From: Oscillospiraceae bacterium
Lineage (GTDB): Bacteria > Bacillota > Clostridia > Oscillospirales > Ruminococcaceae
DNA: 55,528 bases
Assembly: GCA_036667055.1 (NCBI GenBank)
Contig: JAVWUR010000002.1
Coordinates: 1 to 55,528, forward strand
Reading direction: 5' to 3'
The notes under the pieces were generated by a model. It did not search any database. It had not been told where the DNA came from and saw only the letters and a list, made by a program, of their open reading frames with translations. Positions 18,259 to 28,100 of the stretch are shown here, piece by piece. Every line of letters starts with the position of its first letter. The first letter of the stretch is position 1. The translations under genes and the position numbers were made by a program.

Positions 18259-18330
18259 GTAACCCGCAATTTTTTACCCATTGCAGAGGGGTTACGCCTC
18301 TAATTTTAACACAAATAATATAAAAAACAA
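18259..18330 (-). promoter_or_regulatory. candidate MBOAT-operon promoter plus 5'-terminal stem-loop
   Basis: On the minus strand: TTGTTT (18330-18325), 16-nt spacer, TGtTAAAAT (-10 at 18308-18303). The predicted transcript begins at the hairpin GTAACCC-GCAAT...ATTGC-GGGGTTAC (18259-18295). Confidence 0.4.
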
Positions 18331-18362
18331 TAACAAGACTTTATTAATAAGCAAATTTACAC

Positions 18363-18391
18363 TTTATTAATAGGTCAATTTATGGTATACT
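18363..18391 (+). promoter_or_regulatory. candidate extended -10 promoter driving the GT-C leader
   Basis: TTTATT (18363-18368), 17-nt spacer, TGg-TATACT (18383-18391). It sits back-to-back with the MBOAT promoter. Confidence 0.45.
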
Positions 18392-18394
18392 AGC

Positions 18395-18546
18395 CTCACG
18401 GACGGCGTGGTAGCCGCTACGGCACTGGGAACAGTGCCTAGAAAAGCTAGCGCTTTTCCCCGTGAGAACATTTGACCGGCAAATTGCCCCACTGCGGTGT
18501 GGCAGCGGCACTGCCGCCATCACTAATCTGCGATTAGTGAATTTTG
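18395..18546 (+). promoter_or_regulatory. structured 5' leader (riboswitch-like, class unassigned) ending in a terminator-like hairpin
   Basis: Closing helix CTCACGG (18395-18401) pairs with CCGTGAG (18460-18466). It encloses GTAG-ccg-CTAC, GGCACTG-GGAA-CAGTGCC (GNRA loop) and CTAG-aaaag-CTAG. GC-rich hairpins follow at 18478-18517. Then TCACTAATC-tgc-GATTAGTGA is followed by ATTTT (18520-18545). The start codon is about 105 nt further on. Confidence 0.4.
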
Positions 18547-18651
18547 GGTATGATAATACATATTTCAATGAAAAAATGAAAAACAGACCATTGTTATGGC
18601 AAGGAATATTCCAGTTCACGGCAAAAATATTAAAGTAGGTAATGACACGAT

Positions 18652-21600
18652 ATGTTAACTCAACTGCTGATTTTAAGCGCATACACCGGTGTATGCATTT
18701 TGTTTTTAAGGCGAGGGATTTTTCAAGGCGGGGCAGACTTTAAATTCCCGAGAGCGCTATTTGCAGCCGCCATTATTGCAGCGTTTGCTATACGGATTTT
18801 TTTTGCGCTGTCACCACTTAACTTTTCCTACGATATAAACTGCTTTAAGGCGTGGAGCGGCTATGCCACCTCCCTTGGCTTTGGGCAGCTTTACGGTCAA
18901 GACTTTTTTCTTGATTATCCGCCGGGATATATGTACGTCCTCTTTGTGCTAAGAAGCATCGGGGATTTTTTCAAGCTCAATATTGACGGAATAATCTACA
19001 CCATGATGATTAAGCTGCCCTCCATAATAGCAGATTTTGGGTGTGGCTACCTTGTGTACAAAGTGGGACGAGAGACGCTAAATGACGGGCAGTCCAAGCT
19101 TTTGACATTGATTTTTCTGTTTTGCCCCGCCATTATTCACAACAGTAGTGTATGGGGACAGATAGACAGCTTTTACATATTTTTTGTAGCGCTCGCTATC
19201 TATTTTGCATATAAAAATAGGACGGTGCCTGCCGCTATAGCTTTCGCCTACGGCATTTTGGTAAAGCCACAGGCAATCTTTTTTGGGCCGATTTTCCTTT
19301 TCTATATTATTGAACGTCGCAGTGTAAAGGAATTTTTCAAGGCGGCAATTGCAGGGCTTGGTACCTTGTACCTTTTGGTTTTGCCATTTAGCCCCAATCC
19401 CTTTGACCTATCTTGGATAGTCACTTTATATAAGGATACCATGGGTGGGCTGCAATATTTTACGGTAAACGCATACAATTTATATGCCATTTTAGGGCTA
19501 AATTGGGTGGAATTAGACGCCGTCCGCAGCTCTTGGATGATAAATGTTGCCGTTATTTCCTCCTTGGTGGCTTTTGTCGGGTTTGCATTTTTAAAGCTAA
19601 AAGACAAGGCTAAGTTTTTTTATCTTTCGGGTTTTATAATACTGGTTGTCTTTTGCTTTACCACCATGATGCACGAAAGATATCTTTTCCCCGCCATCAT
19701 ATTTTTCCTCTTAGCTTTTTTACTAACAAAAAGGAAGAGCTTATTTTATATTTTTCTGGGGATAAGCGGCTTAAACTATATAAATTGTGTTGCGGTTATG
19801 CGCAGCTTTTTTAGCGACAGTCAGCTGTCACAATTTTTAATTACGCTGTTGTCACTGGCAGTTATCGCTTGCTTTGCGCTGTGTATTTATATGATTATCA
19901 AGCAGTTACACAAGACTAACTCACTCGATTTTTCTCTTGGCGCCAAGCACGGTATCGCCATTTTTGCACTCACCTGTGTTTATGGCGTTTTTGCATTATT
20001 TGACCTTGGCAGCTTTGATGCCCCACAAAGTTATTTTCTGTCCGGCGCCGACAATGTAAGCTTTGATGTGATATTTGACGAGCCGACAAACATTGCTTCC
20101 ATCTACTCTTTTAGCGGTGTAGGGGATGAATTTAGCGGTGACTTAGTGAAAAAAGCAACTTGTGATTTTGATATATACTATACACAGGACAACCAAAGCT
20201 TTCAACATCTTTTAACACTGGAGAAAAAAGATGTGTTTAAATGGGGGCAAGATGTATGCGATGTAGCCGCCTCCGGCATCAGGGTAGTTGCGGCTAACCC
20301 AGGGCAGGTGCTAGGGGAAATTTTGTTTCTTCGCCCTGATGGCTCCGTCATTAGTGGGCGGCTGGAAAACTATAATGTTAGTGCCGACTACCCAGCGGAA
20401 AATGCGCTGGATGAAAGCGAATGTCTCCCCGATGATTTAAGCTACTACAACAGCTCGTATTTTGACGAGATATACCATGCTCGAACGGCATATGAACAGC
20501 TACACGGATATTCTATCTACGAAACGACCCACCCTCCCCTTGGTAAAATTCTAATCAGCATAGGCATAAAAATATTTGGTATGACACCATTTGGATGGCG
20601 CATAGTGGGCGCTGTGTGCGGTATTGCCATGCTGCCAATATTCTACCTGTTAGCTCGTGGAATTTTCAAAAGCTTTTTTGCCGCCTTTGCCGCTACCTGC
20701 CTGTTGGCACTGGACTTTATGCATATAACCCAGACACGGATTGCAACGGTAGACACCTATGTAGTGTTTTTTACCATACTAACCTTCCTATTTATGCTCT
20801 ACTATCACAAAACAAAATTTACCGACAGTTTAAATAAACAGTTTCTATACTTAACGTTGAGCGGAATATTTATGGCGTGTGCAGTGGCGACAAAGTGGAA
20901 CGGCGCTTACTCAATGGTGGGTCTTGCCCTCTTCTTTTTTATAAGCCTATATGAAAAATATAAAAGCAGCGCTCGGGACAAGCTGTGCCGTGCCCGAGTG
21001 GCGAAAACAATTCTATTTTGCTTTGTGGCATTTGTTGGAATTCCGGTGGTTATCTATATTTTAACCTTTATACCGGTGGTTCACACAACCGGCATTTTTA
21101 ACTATCTAAAGGAAGTTTGGCGCTGTCAGGTGAATATGTTCAACTACCACTCAACCTTGGTGGCAGAGCACTTTTTCTCATCGCTGTGGTACACATGGCC
21201 CTTTACAGTAAAGCCAATATGGTACTCTATTACCATGCTGCCACAGGGCATGGCAAGCTCCATATCCGCCTTTGGCAACCCCTTAATTTGGTGGCTCACC
21301 CCCTTTGCAACGGTAGCCGCCGGTGTGCTTGCATACCGGAAAAAGGACAGCCGCCTGTGGCTTATCGTGCTGGGCTTTGTGTTTTCCTTGCTGCCATGGG
21401 TCTTTGTGACACGGCTAAGCTTTATCTACCATTATTTCCCCAGTGCAATTTTTGGAATACTTGCTATCGCCGCAGTGATAGATTGGATGGTTTCACGATA
21501 TCCAAAAAGTAAAAAGTATGGGGTGGTGTACCTGTTAGCCTGTCTTGCACTTTTCTTGGCGTTTGTGCCCATAACCACGGGGATAGCCGCACCTAATGGA

Positions 21601-21654
21601 TATCTTGAGTCACTGGAGTGGTTCCCCTCTTGGCATTTCATCAACACCAATTAA
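18652..21654 (+). CDS. fused double GT-C-fold membrane glycosyltransferase (N-terminal polytopic module, central soluble beta-rich domain, C-terminal GT39/PMT-like module)
   Basis: 1000 aa with more than 20 predicted TM segments. The second module carries the GT39 signature YFDEIYHARTAYE...THPPLGK (DNA 20458 onward). The first module has FSYDINCFKAW...LDYPPGYMY in its first loop. Residues about 450-600 are hydrophilic. Confidence 0.7.
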   Translation: MLTQLLILSAYTGVCILFLRRGIFQGGADFKFPRALFAAAIIAAFAIRIFFALSPLNFSYDINCFKAWSGYATSLGFGQLYGQDFFLDYPPGYMYVLFVLRSIGDFFKLNIDGIIYTMMIKLPSIIADFGCGYLVYKVGRETLNDGQSKLLTLIFLFCPAIIHNSSVWGQIDSFYIFFVALAIYFAYKNRTVPAAIAFAYGILVKPQAIFFGPIFLFYIIERRSVKEFFKAAIAGLGTLYLLVLPFSPNPFDLSWIVTLYKDTMGGLQYFTVNAYNLYAILGLNWVELDAVRSSWMINVAVISSLVAFVGFAFLKLKDKAKFFYLSGFIILVVFCFTTMMHERYLFPAIIFFLLAFLLTKRKSLFYIFLGISGLNYINCVAVMRSFFSDSQLSQFLITLLSLAVIACFALCIYMIIKQLHKTNSLDFSLGAKHGIAIFALTCVYGVFALFDLGSFDAPQSYFLSGADNVSFDVIFDEPTNIASIYSFSGVGDEFSGDLVKKATCDFDIYYTQDNQSFQHLLTLEKKDVFKWGQDVCDVAASGIRVVAANPGQVLGEILFLRPDGSVISGRLENYNVSADYPAENALDESECLPDDLSYYNSSYFDEIYHARTAYEQLHGYSIYETTHPPLGKILISIGIKIFGMTPFGWRIVGAVCGIAMLPIFYLLARGIFKSFFAAFAATCLLALDFMHITQTRIATVDTYVVFFTILTFLFMLYYHKTKFTDSLNKQFLYLTLSGIFMACAVATKWNGAYSMVGLALFFFISLYEKYKSSARDKLCRARVAKTILFCFVAFVGIPVVIYILTFIPVVHTTGIFNYLKEVWRCQVNMFNYHSTLVAEHFFSSLWYTWPFTVKPIWYSITMLPQGMASSISAFGNPLIWWLTPFATVAAGVLAYRKKDSRLWLIVLGFVFSLLPWVFVTRLSFIYHYFPSAIFGILAIAAVIDWMVSRYPKSKKYGVVYLLACLALFLAFVPITTGIAAPNGYLESLEWFPSWHFINTN

Positions 21655-21760
21655 TTGATAGTTAACACTAACGAAGCTTTCAAAGCTCACTCACCGTGAG
21701 TTAGACGATACTAACTAAACAACTAAAAGGTTAGCCACAATAGGTTAACGTATACTAACT

Positions 21761-21815
21761 AAATAAAAGCCCTCCCCCTTAAAGCAATTAAAAGGGGGAG
21801 GGCTTTGTGCTTTTT
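21761..21815. terminator. strong bidirectional intrinsic terminator between the GT-C gene and the hybrid kinase operon
   Basis: 12-bp GC-rich stem GCCCTCCCCCTT (21769-21780) pairs with AAGGGGGAGGGC (21792-21803). AAATAAAA lies upstream and TTTGTGCTTTTT downstream. Confidence 0.85.
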
Positions 21816-21942
21816 CAGCGGATATCTTTTCAGATTTTCGGCTTTTCAACTTTCGAATTTTCAGTTCTTCAGCTTTACAGCTTTACAGCTTTTCAGTTTT
21901 CGAATTTTCAGTTTTTCGACTTTTCAACTTTACAGCTTTTAG
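21811..21942. repeat. degenerate 7-9-nt tandem array, about 15 units, consensus CTTTTCAG (minus strand CTGAAAAG)
   Basis: Units read in order: tttttcag, (cggatat)cttttcag, attttcgg, cttttcaa, ctttcgaa, ttttcag, ttcttcag, ctttacag, ctttacag, cttttcag, ttttcgaa, ttttcag, tttttcgac, ttttcaa, ctttacag, cttttag. Confidence 0.85.
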
Positions 21943-21961
21943 TTGGTGCGGTCTGTTATGG

Positions 21962-24900
21962 CTACTGCTTTTGCAAAACTCTGGCTATAACATCATACAT
22001 GATGCCGGTGTCTATTGGCTTTGATATATGCCCATTCATTCCCGCAGACAGTGCAAGGGCAACATCTTCGGTAAAGGCGTTTGCTGTCATTGCAAATATT
22101 GGTATTGTTTTGGCTTGTGGGTGGTTGCCTGCCCTTATGGCTCGGGTGCTTGCATGGCCGTCCATAATGGGCATCTGAATATCCATAAGCACTATGTCAT
22201 AGTAGCCCTCGGGAGAGCGTTCAAACTTATCAAAAGCTATTTTTCCGTTTTCAGCTGGGTCTACATCAATGCCCGTCACTTTCAAAAGCTCGGTGGCAAT
22301 CTCCATATTTAGGGCGTTATCCTCCACTAAAAGCACCCGATGACCCTTAAAATCGTATTCGTCTCCAGACTTGTCTCCCTCAATATATTTGCCGCCGCTA
22401 AGGGAGGTAAGCATATTGAATACCGTGGACTGAAACACCGGCTTTGTTACAAACAGATTAGCACCGGCGTCCACCGCCTCACTTTCAACCTCGCTTAAAT
22501 CGTATGCGGATACAATTATAATAATGGTGTCATTGTCAAACTCTGCCCTTATTTTTTTGGTAAGAGTTATGCCGTCCATCTCGGGCATACGCCAGTCGAT
22601 AAAGCACAGGTCATACCCCTTACCTACGGTGTAGCTGTTGCGTATCTTGGTGAGCGCCTCCTCACCGCTAGTGGCGTACTCGTGGGGAACATTTAGCCGG
22701 CTGAGCACAATGGAGGTATACTCACAAGTCTCCTGATCATCATCCACTATAAGGGCGTTCAAATCTTCGAATTTTTTGCTTATATACTCCTGTCGCTTTT
22801 CTGGTATGCCAAAGGGCAAATCCACCGAAAAGGTAGTTCCTACTCCTTTTTCGCTCTCCACGGCAATTGCTCCATGCATCAAATCCACCAGATTTTTGGT
22901 GATGGACATTCCCAGCCCTGAACCGCCGTAGCGCTGCGCCGTGGAGGCAGTCTCCTGCTCAAAAGGATTAAAGACACGGGACATCATCTCCGTGGTCATT
23001 CCACAGCCGGTGTCGCTAACTACAAACCGTATAAAGGTTTGGGACTTGTTGTGGGGCGTTTGGGTGACAGATACTGTGATTTTGCCACCGCTCGGTGTGA
23101 ATTTCACAGCGTTGGACAGCAGGTTAAGCAATATTTGATGAACACGCAAGCTATCCCCAATCAGCACCTCATCGGTAATAGTGTTTATTTTGGCGGAAAA
23201 CTCTATATTTTTCTGCCTGCACTGACCGTAGTACATCAGTGTTATCGACTGCATAAGCTGCTTAAAATCAAAGGGTGCTGCCGCAATTTTCAGCTTGGAA
23301 TTTTCAATGGCAGACATATCCAAAACGTCATTTATAAGATTTAAAAGAATTTTTGAGGCGGTGGAAATCTTGTCCATGTTTTCCATCACTTGCTCGGGGC
23401 TGTTAACGTGCTGCTTTGTTATTGTGGTAAGCCCCACAATGGCGTTCATGGGGGTTCTAATCTCGTGACTCATACGTGCAAGAAATTGGCTTTTTGCACT
23501 GCTCGCCTGCTCTGCCTGAGCGATAGCCTTGACTAACTCGGTGTTTTTAAGGTTAATTTGCTTTAAGCTTTTCTGCTTGATTATTGCTGTTAAGGCAAGC
23601 AGACCTATGCAGACACACACCAGTATAGCAATAAGAGTTAGTAGTAACTTATATTTAAAAATCACATCACTCAAGGTCATTTTATAGGGCTTACCGAGAG
23701 TGTTATCTGTGACTAACTGGCTGAGCACATCATCCGACAAGGTTGCAATGGACTTGTCTATAATGGAGATTAGCCGTGGGTCGACATCAGACAGTGTGGC
23801 AAATCCGGTGTTTTCTTCCAAGTAGTAGGCAGGCACAATTTCCAGCCCATCATAGTGTGGGTTTTGCAGCAGATAGTTAAGGACATACACGTTTTGCAGC
23901 ATTATATCTGCCTCACCGTCCATGACCGCCTGCAAACATTGGTCATCGTTGGATTTATACACAATGTTATAATTTGGGTGAGTTTTACTTATGTAGTCCT
24001 GCATGGCTTGAAAAGATACCTTGGTAGTGACGTTTTGCGCTCGGTTTGGGTCGTAAACCGACCCATGTCGTGTGGCAATTGCAATGTTCGAGGTTAAAAA
24101 CGGCGTGGAGAGCCTAAGGGAGGAATCGTGCAAAAAGGTATCATTAATCACAATTCCGGCAACCATGTCAAACTTGCCCTCTCGCAGCAAATCCATAGGC
24201 TTTTTATCTACGGGCATAGGGCTTACATCAAAGTTAAGTCCACTGACTTCACCAATTTTCTTGACGATATCTACCGTTATTCCCTCTAGCTCCTTTGTGG
24301 ATTTATTGACACTGGACAGAGGATATCTGTTTGGCAAGCTGCCCACGGTTATAACGTCACAGCTGTCGATGTAGCTTACCTCCTCCCGTGTAAAGGCGGG
24401 GGTGCTTTCCGCTTTTGTTGCGGAGTAATATTTATGGTTGAGCTGTGCCTCAAAATCCTTGTTGTTCAGCTTGATTTTACCGACTGCCAAGTTCATTTCC
24501 TTCATAAAATCATTGCCGTCATAGCTCATAAGATAAAATGGCTCGCTGCCATATTTTCCAATTAGCTTTAAGTCATCATGAAGGGACATATGCTCGGTGG
24601 CGATGGCGGATATTTCTTTAGAAACAAGAGCCTTTTTCATCTCATCTTCTGTGGCGTAATACTTTTCCGTGAATACAAAATTATTGTTTTCCGCATAGTC
24701 TCGGAATGCCTCAATGGTGAGGTTGCCCTTCAAAAAGCCGATAGCTGCTCCGTTAAGACCGATAAAATCATCGTAATAAAGGGAGGAATTTTCCGGCAGC
24801 GTGTACAAAACCCCCTGCTCGGTGCCTATGGGGAATTTTGAATATTCAAACTTTTCATCTCGCTGTGGGGTATATTTAGCGGTGCACACTAGGTCAATCT

Positions 24901-25171
24901 CTTTATTTTCCAGCCGTGTCAAACACTCTTGCCAGGTGCCATATACATATTCGTACTCGAAATCAGCATATTTAGCCACCTCGCTTAGGTAGTCCACCCC
25001 ATACCCAGAATATGTCCCATCAGGGGCTTTGTCAATAAAAGATTGGTAGTCGATATAGCCTACTTTCAAGGTTTTAGCAGCCGGCTTTGCCCCAAAGACT
25101 GAAATTCCGGAAAAAATTGCTATCAAGACCGAGATTGCAAAGCAAGTAAGTTTTTTTGAAGTAGTTTTCAT
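21962..25171 (-). CDS. hybrid sensor histidine kinase: signal peptide, two SBP_bac_3-like periplasmic domains, TM, HisKA-HATPase, two receiver domains
   Basis: Start placed at ATG 25171 (MKTTSKK...), which overlaps the upstream stop as ATGA. H-box MSHEIRTPMNAI, G-box GGSGLGMSI, receivers with FIDWRMPEMDG and LMDIQMPIMDG. No HPt domain. Confidence 0.85.
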   Translation of the reverse strand: MKTTSKKLTCFAISVLIAIFSGISVFGAKPAAKTLKVGYIDYQSFIDKAPDGTYSGYGVDYLSEVAKYADFEYEYVYGTWQECLTRLENKEIDLVCTAKYTPQRDEKFEYSKFPIGTEQGVLYTLPENSSLYYDDFIGLNGAAIGFLKGNLTIEAFRDYAENNNFVFTEKYYATEDEMKKALVSKEISAIATEHMSLHDDLKLIGKYGSEPFYLMSYDGNDFMKEMNLAVGKIKLNNKDFEAQLNHKYYSATKAESTPAFTREEVSYIDSCDVITVGSLPNRYPLSSVNKSTKELEGITVDIVKKIGEVSGLNFDVSPMPVDKKPMDLLREGKFDMVAGIVINDTFLHDSSLRLSTPFLTSNIAIATRHGSVYDPNRAQNVTTKVSFQAMQDYISKTHPNYNIVYKSNDDQCLQAVMDGEADIMLQNVYVLNYLLQNPHYDGLEIVPAYYLEENTGFATLSDVDPRLISIIDKSIATLSDDVLSQLVTDNTLGKPYKMTLSDVIFKYKLLLTLIAILVCVCIGLLALTAIIKQKSLKQINLKNTELVKAIAQAEQASSAKSQFLARMSHEIRTPMNAIVGLTTITKQHVNSPEQVMENMDKISTASKILLNLINDVLDMSAIENSKLKIAAAPFDFKQLMQSITLMYYGQCRQKNIEFSAKINTITDEVLIGDSLRVHQILLNLLSNAVKFTPSGGKITVSVTQTPHNKSQTFIRFVVSDTGCGMTTEMMSRVFNPFEQETASTAQRYGGSGLGMSITKNLVDLMHGAIAVESEKGVGTTFSVDLPFGIPEKRQEYISKKFEDLNALIVDDDQETCEYTSIVLSRLNVPHEYATSGEEALTKIRNSYTVGKGYDLCFIDWRMPEMDGITLTKKIRAEFDNDTIIIIVSAYDLSEVESEAVDAGANLFVTKPVFQSTVFNMLTSLSGGKYIEGDKSGDEYDFKGHRVLLVEDNALNMEIATELLKVTGIDVDPAENGKIAFDKFERSPEGYYDIVLMDIQMPIMDGHASTRAIRAGNHPQAKTIPIFAMTANAFTEDVALALSAGMNGHISKPIDTGIMYDVIARVLQKQ

Positions 25172-28100
25172 TTCTTCTCCTCTTTTTTTTGCCCATAGAG
25201 ATAGCACTGGTTTTTGCCCAATTCCTTGGCTTTATAAAGAGCACTGTCTGCATTTTTATACAATTCATCATAACTAATATCAGTTCCGTCTGTGAGAGAA
25301 ATTCCAATGGAGCAGGTGACAGTTACATTGGCATTTTCCTTTAGCAGCTTTGCAATTCTTTTGCACAACACCTTGGCAAGATTTACCGCTAGCGCTTCAC
25401 TTGGCAAATCCTTAAGGAAAATTGCAAATTCATCCCCACCAAGCCTTGAAATTATATCACTGGTTCGCAAGGTAACGGTAAGTATCTCGCTGACTATCTT
25501 TAAAACCTCGTCACCTTTTTGGTGTCCAAAGGTGTCATTTATATATTTAAAATTGTCAATATCCAATATCAAAAAAGCACCTTGAAAAACCATGTCGGAA
25601 GAGATAAAAGCCTTTACCTCCCCTTCAAATACTCTGCGGTTATACAGCCCTGTCAAGGGGTCCTTTGTGGCTTTTTGGTTAAGGCTATCCAGCTTAGCTC
25701 GGGTTCTTGTTATGTCGATAAAGACACATTGGTATATCTTTTCCCCACCGGGGGTAACCACTAGCTGCACAGAAGCCTGTACCCATATAATGTCACGTTG
25801 CTTGGTAGCTATCTGGAATTCCACAGTGGTGGGCGTGCCGAGGGGCTGTTTGCTAAGGAACGCCACCTTTTCCTTAATAGCCGGAATAAATTTAGGCACT
25901 ATTATAGTTAATGGGTCACACTCGCCGTTCCAAAACTCATCTTTCGAGCTATAGCCTAAGATTTTAACCATCTCAAGATTGAGGTTTTTAATGGAAAAAT
26001 AACGGCTGCCGGAATGAAACTGGACTATGCCACAGGGGATGCTGTCATAGACATGCTCAAAAAAATCCTGCTGCTCCAAAAACTCGCTGCTGGCACGCTG
26101 TACCATTTCTTCCATATTTTTTTGGGCGGTTATATCGTTTACCTCTACCAGTAAAATTGCTCTTTCCCCATCGTTAAATATAATATTTATCTTGCATTTA
26201 AGCCATATTTCCTCCGCTTCATCCCTCAAACTCAACCATCTGTTTTCCGTCTCAATGTAACTGTTATCTTTACAGGTCTTGCAGATTAAATCGTAAAATT
26301 TTGGCTGTTCGTCCGGGGTCAGCCACGTCATAACATTGCTGTTGAGCTGGCTCATCCCACGATCGGTAAAGAAACCTATACTCCGTCCCAAGCTGTCGTT
26401 TCCACGGAGAAAGGACAGCTTGCCGTCTGCAAATTCCCACAGCGCAAGGGGCGCTGCGAACATTTTAAAGACGATGTTAAATTGGGAGGTGGGGTTCCAT
26501 ATTTCACTGTAGTCAAGCAGTTCCGAAAGGACGGCGTGGGTGGTTGCACCAACAGATACACCCTGATTTTCCATGGCTAATTTTTCATAGTCCTCTTGGG
26601 GCATGGGTCTTGCAAAATAATACCCCTGTCCCACACTGTAGCCGATACTGCGCAAAAAGCTTACCTGCTCTAGGGTTTCCACGCCCTCTGCCACCGTTTG
26701 AATGTCCAGCCATTTTGCTAAGGACACAATGAAATTCAAAATGTTTCGTTGACCGGAAAATGCATTCTTGCTCTGCAAAAAGCGCATATCCAGCTTGATG
26801 ACATCCACAGGCACGTCACTTAGCATATTCAAGGAGGAGTACCCCGAGCCAAAATCGTCCATCTCAATGGTAAAGCCCATCTTCTTTAAATCATTTATCG
26901 TCTTTATCAGTTCCTCGGCGTTGTCAATGTAAGAGTTTTCCGTTATCTCCAGCTCCAAAAATCTTGGCTCTATTCGGTATTTGTTTATTAGCTCCTGCAA
27001 AAAGCTGCAAAGCTGAGGGTTGTAAACATCCACTCTCGACACGTTTACCGATATGGGCAGCGGCACCTTTCCCTGGTCTAAAACCTTGCGCAGATGCTGA
27101 CATACACATTCCCATATGTGGAAATCCACAGCGGAAATAAAGCCGTTTTTTTCAAAAAGCTCAATAAATCTTTGGGGCGGTATAATGCCCTTTGTGGGGT
27201 GAATCCAGCGAATAAGCGCCTCGGCACCCACAATTTCACCGGTAATAAGGTTGTATTTAGGCTGATAATAGGGTATAAACTGCCCTTGGGTCAGTGCGCT
27301 GCGCATCTGGCTTATTATCTCCTGCTCCTCAATAAGACGTTTGCGATGGCTGTCATCATACAGGGCAACTGTAGCGTCAAACTTCCCTTTTATCGACTGA
27401 ATTGCAAGCTTTGAGCGGTCACACATACCGCTGATGGGAAGGGTAATATCGTCCACCACATAGATGCCGAATTTAAAATTCAACTTTAAATTGATAGAAT
27501 ATCGGTGGATAAATTTTTCCACCGTGTCGGTGAGCACAGTGCCTATCTTCGGATAATAGGGCATACACAGACCAAAAATATCTCCGCTTATCCGTGCGCA
27601 GATGGAGATGTCCGGTGTGGTTATTGTACATAGCTCCCGAGCTATCGCCTTTAAAAGCTGATCCCCCTCCGCAGTGCCCCACAGCTCGTTTACCAGCTTA
27701 AAATGTTCTATATCCATGCAGATTATGGCATATTGCGTTGTGCTATTACTCTCCATAAGCTCATGAGACTTTACAAAAAAAGTTTCTTGGTTGTATATTC
27801 CCGTCAGCGCATCTCGCTCCACCGTGTTGCGCAAAACCGAATTTTCCTTTAGATGCAGGATGTTTTCAAGGCGCTTTAAAATAACCCGTGGGCGGTACGG
27901 CTTTGCAATAAAGTCAGTCGCCCCTAGGGATAACGCCTCTAGCTCCGTATCTTCACAATCATTTTGAGTGGTGACAATCACAGGGATATTATAGTGCAGC
28001 AGCAAATCCTTTGCCAGCTCCATAAACGTAAAGCCATCCATCACAGGCATAGCAAGGTCTAGCAAAATGGCGCTGATACTATTTGCCTCTTGTTTTAACA

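Noticed and set aside
18395-18546. Assignment of the leader to a known riboswitch class (c-di-GMP-I/II, cobalamin, ydaO, ykkC, T-box)
   Set aside because: The conserved cores I can recall are absent: ACGCAAAGC for GEMM-I, the GCAACCGACC-type pseudoknot for c-di-GMP-II, the GCCACTG B12 box with a GGGAA..GGTG context, and the T-box GGTGGTACCGCG. Only loose resemblances such as CCCCACTGCGG exist. The class is left open pending a covariance-model scan.
18380-18682. 100-aa minus-strand ORF spanning the MBOAT/GT-C intergenic region
   Set aside because: It covers the GC-rich hairpins of the candidate leader RNA and runs into the start of the GT-C gene. It has no RBS and a Cys/Arg-rich composition. 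RNA structure is the better explanation.
21807-22178. 123-aa plus-strand ORF beginning in the 8-mer array
   Set aside because: The N-terminal half is a Phe/Ser/Gln repeat generated by the tandem array. The remainder is antisense to the kinase receiver domain.
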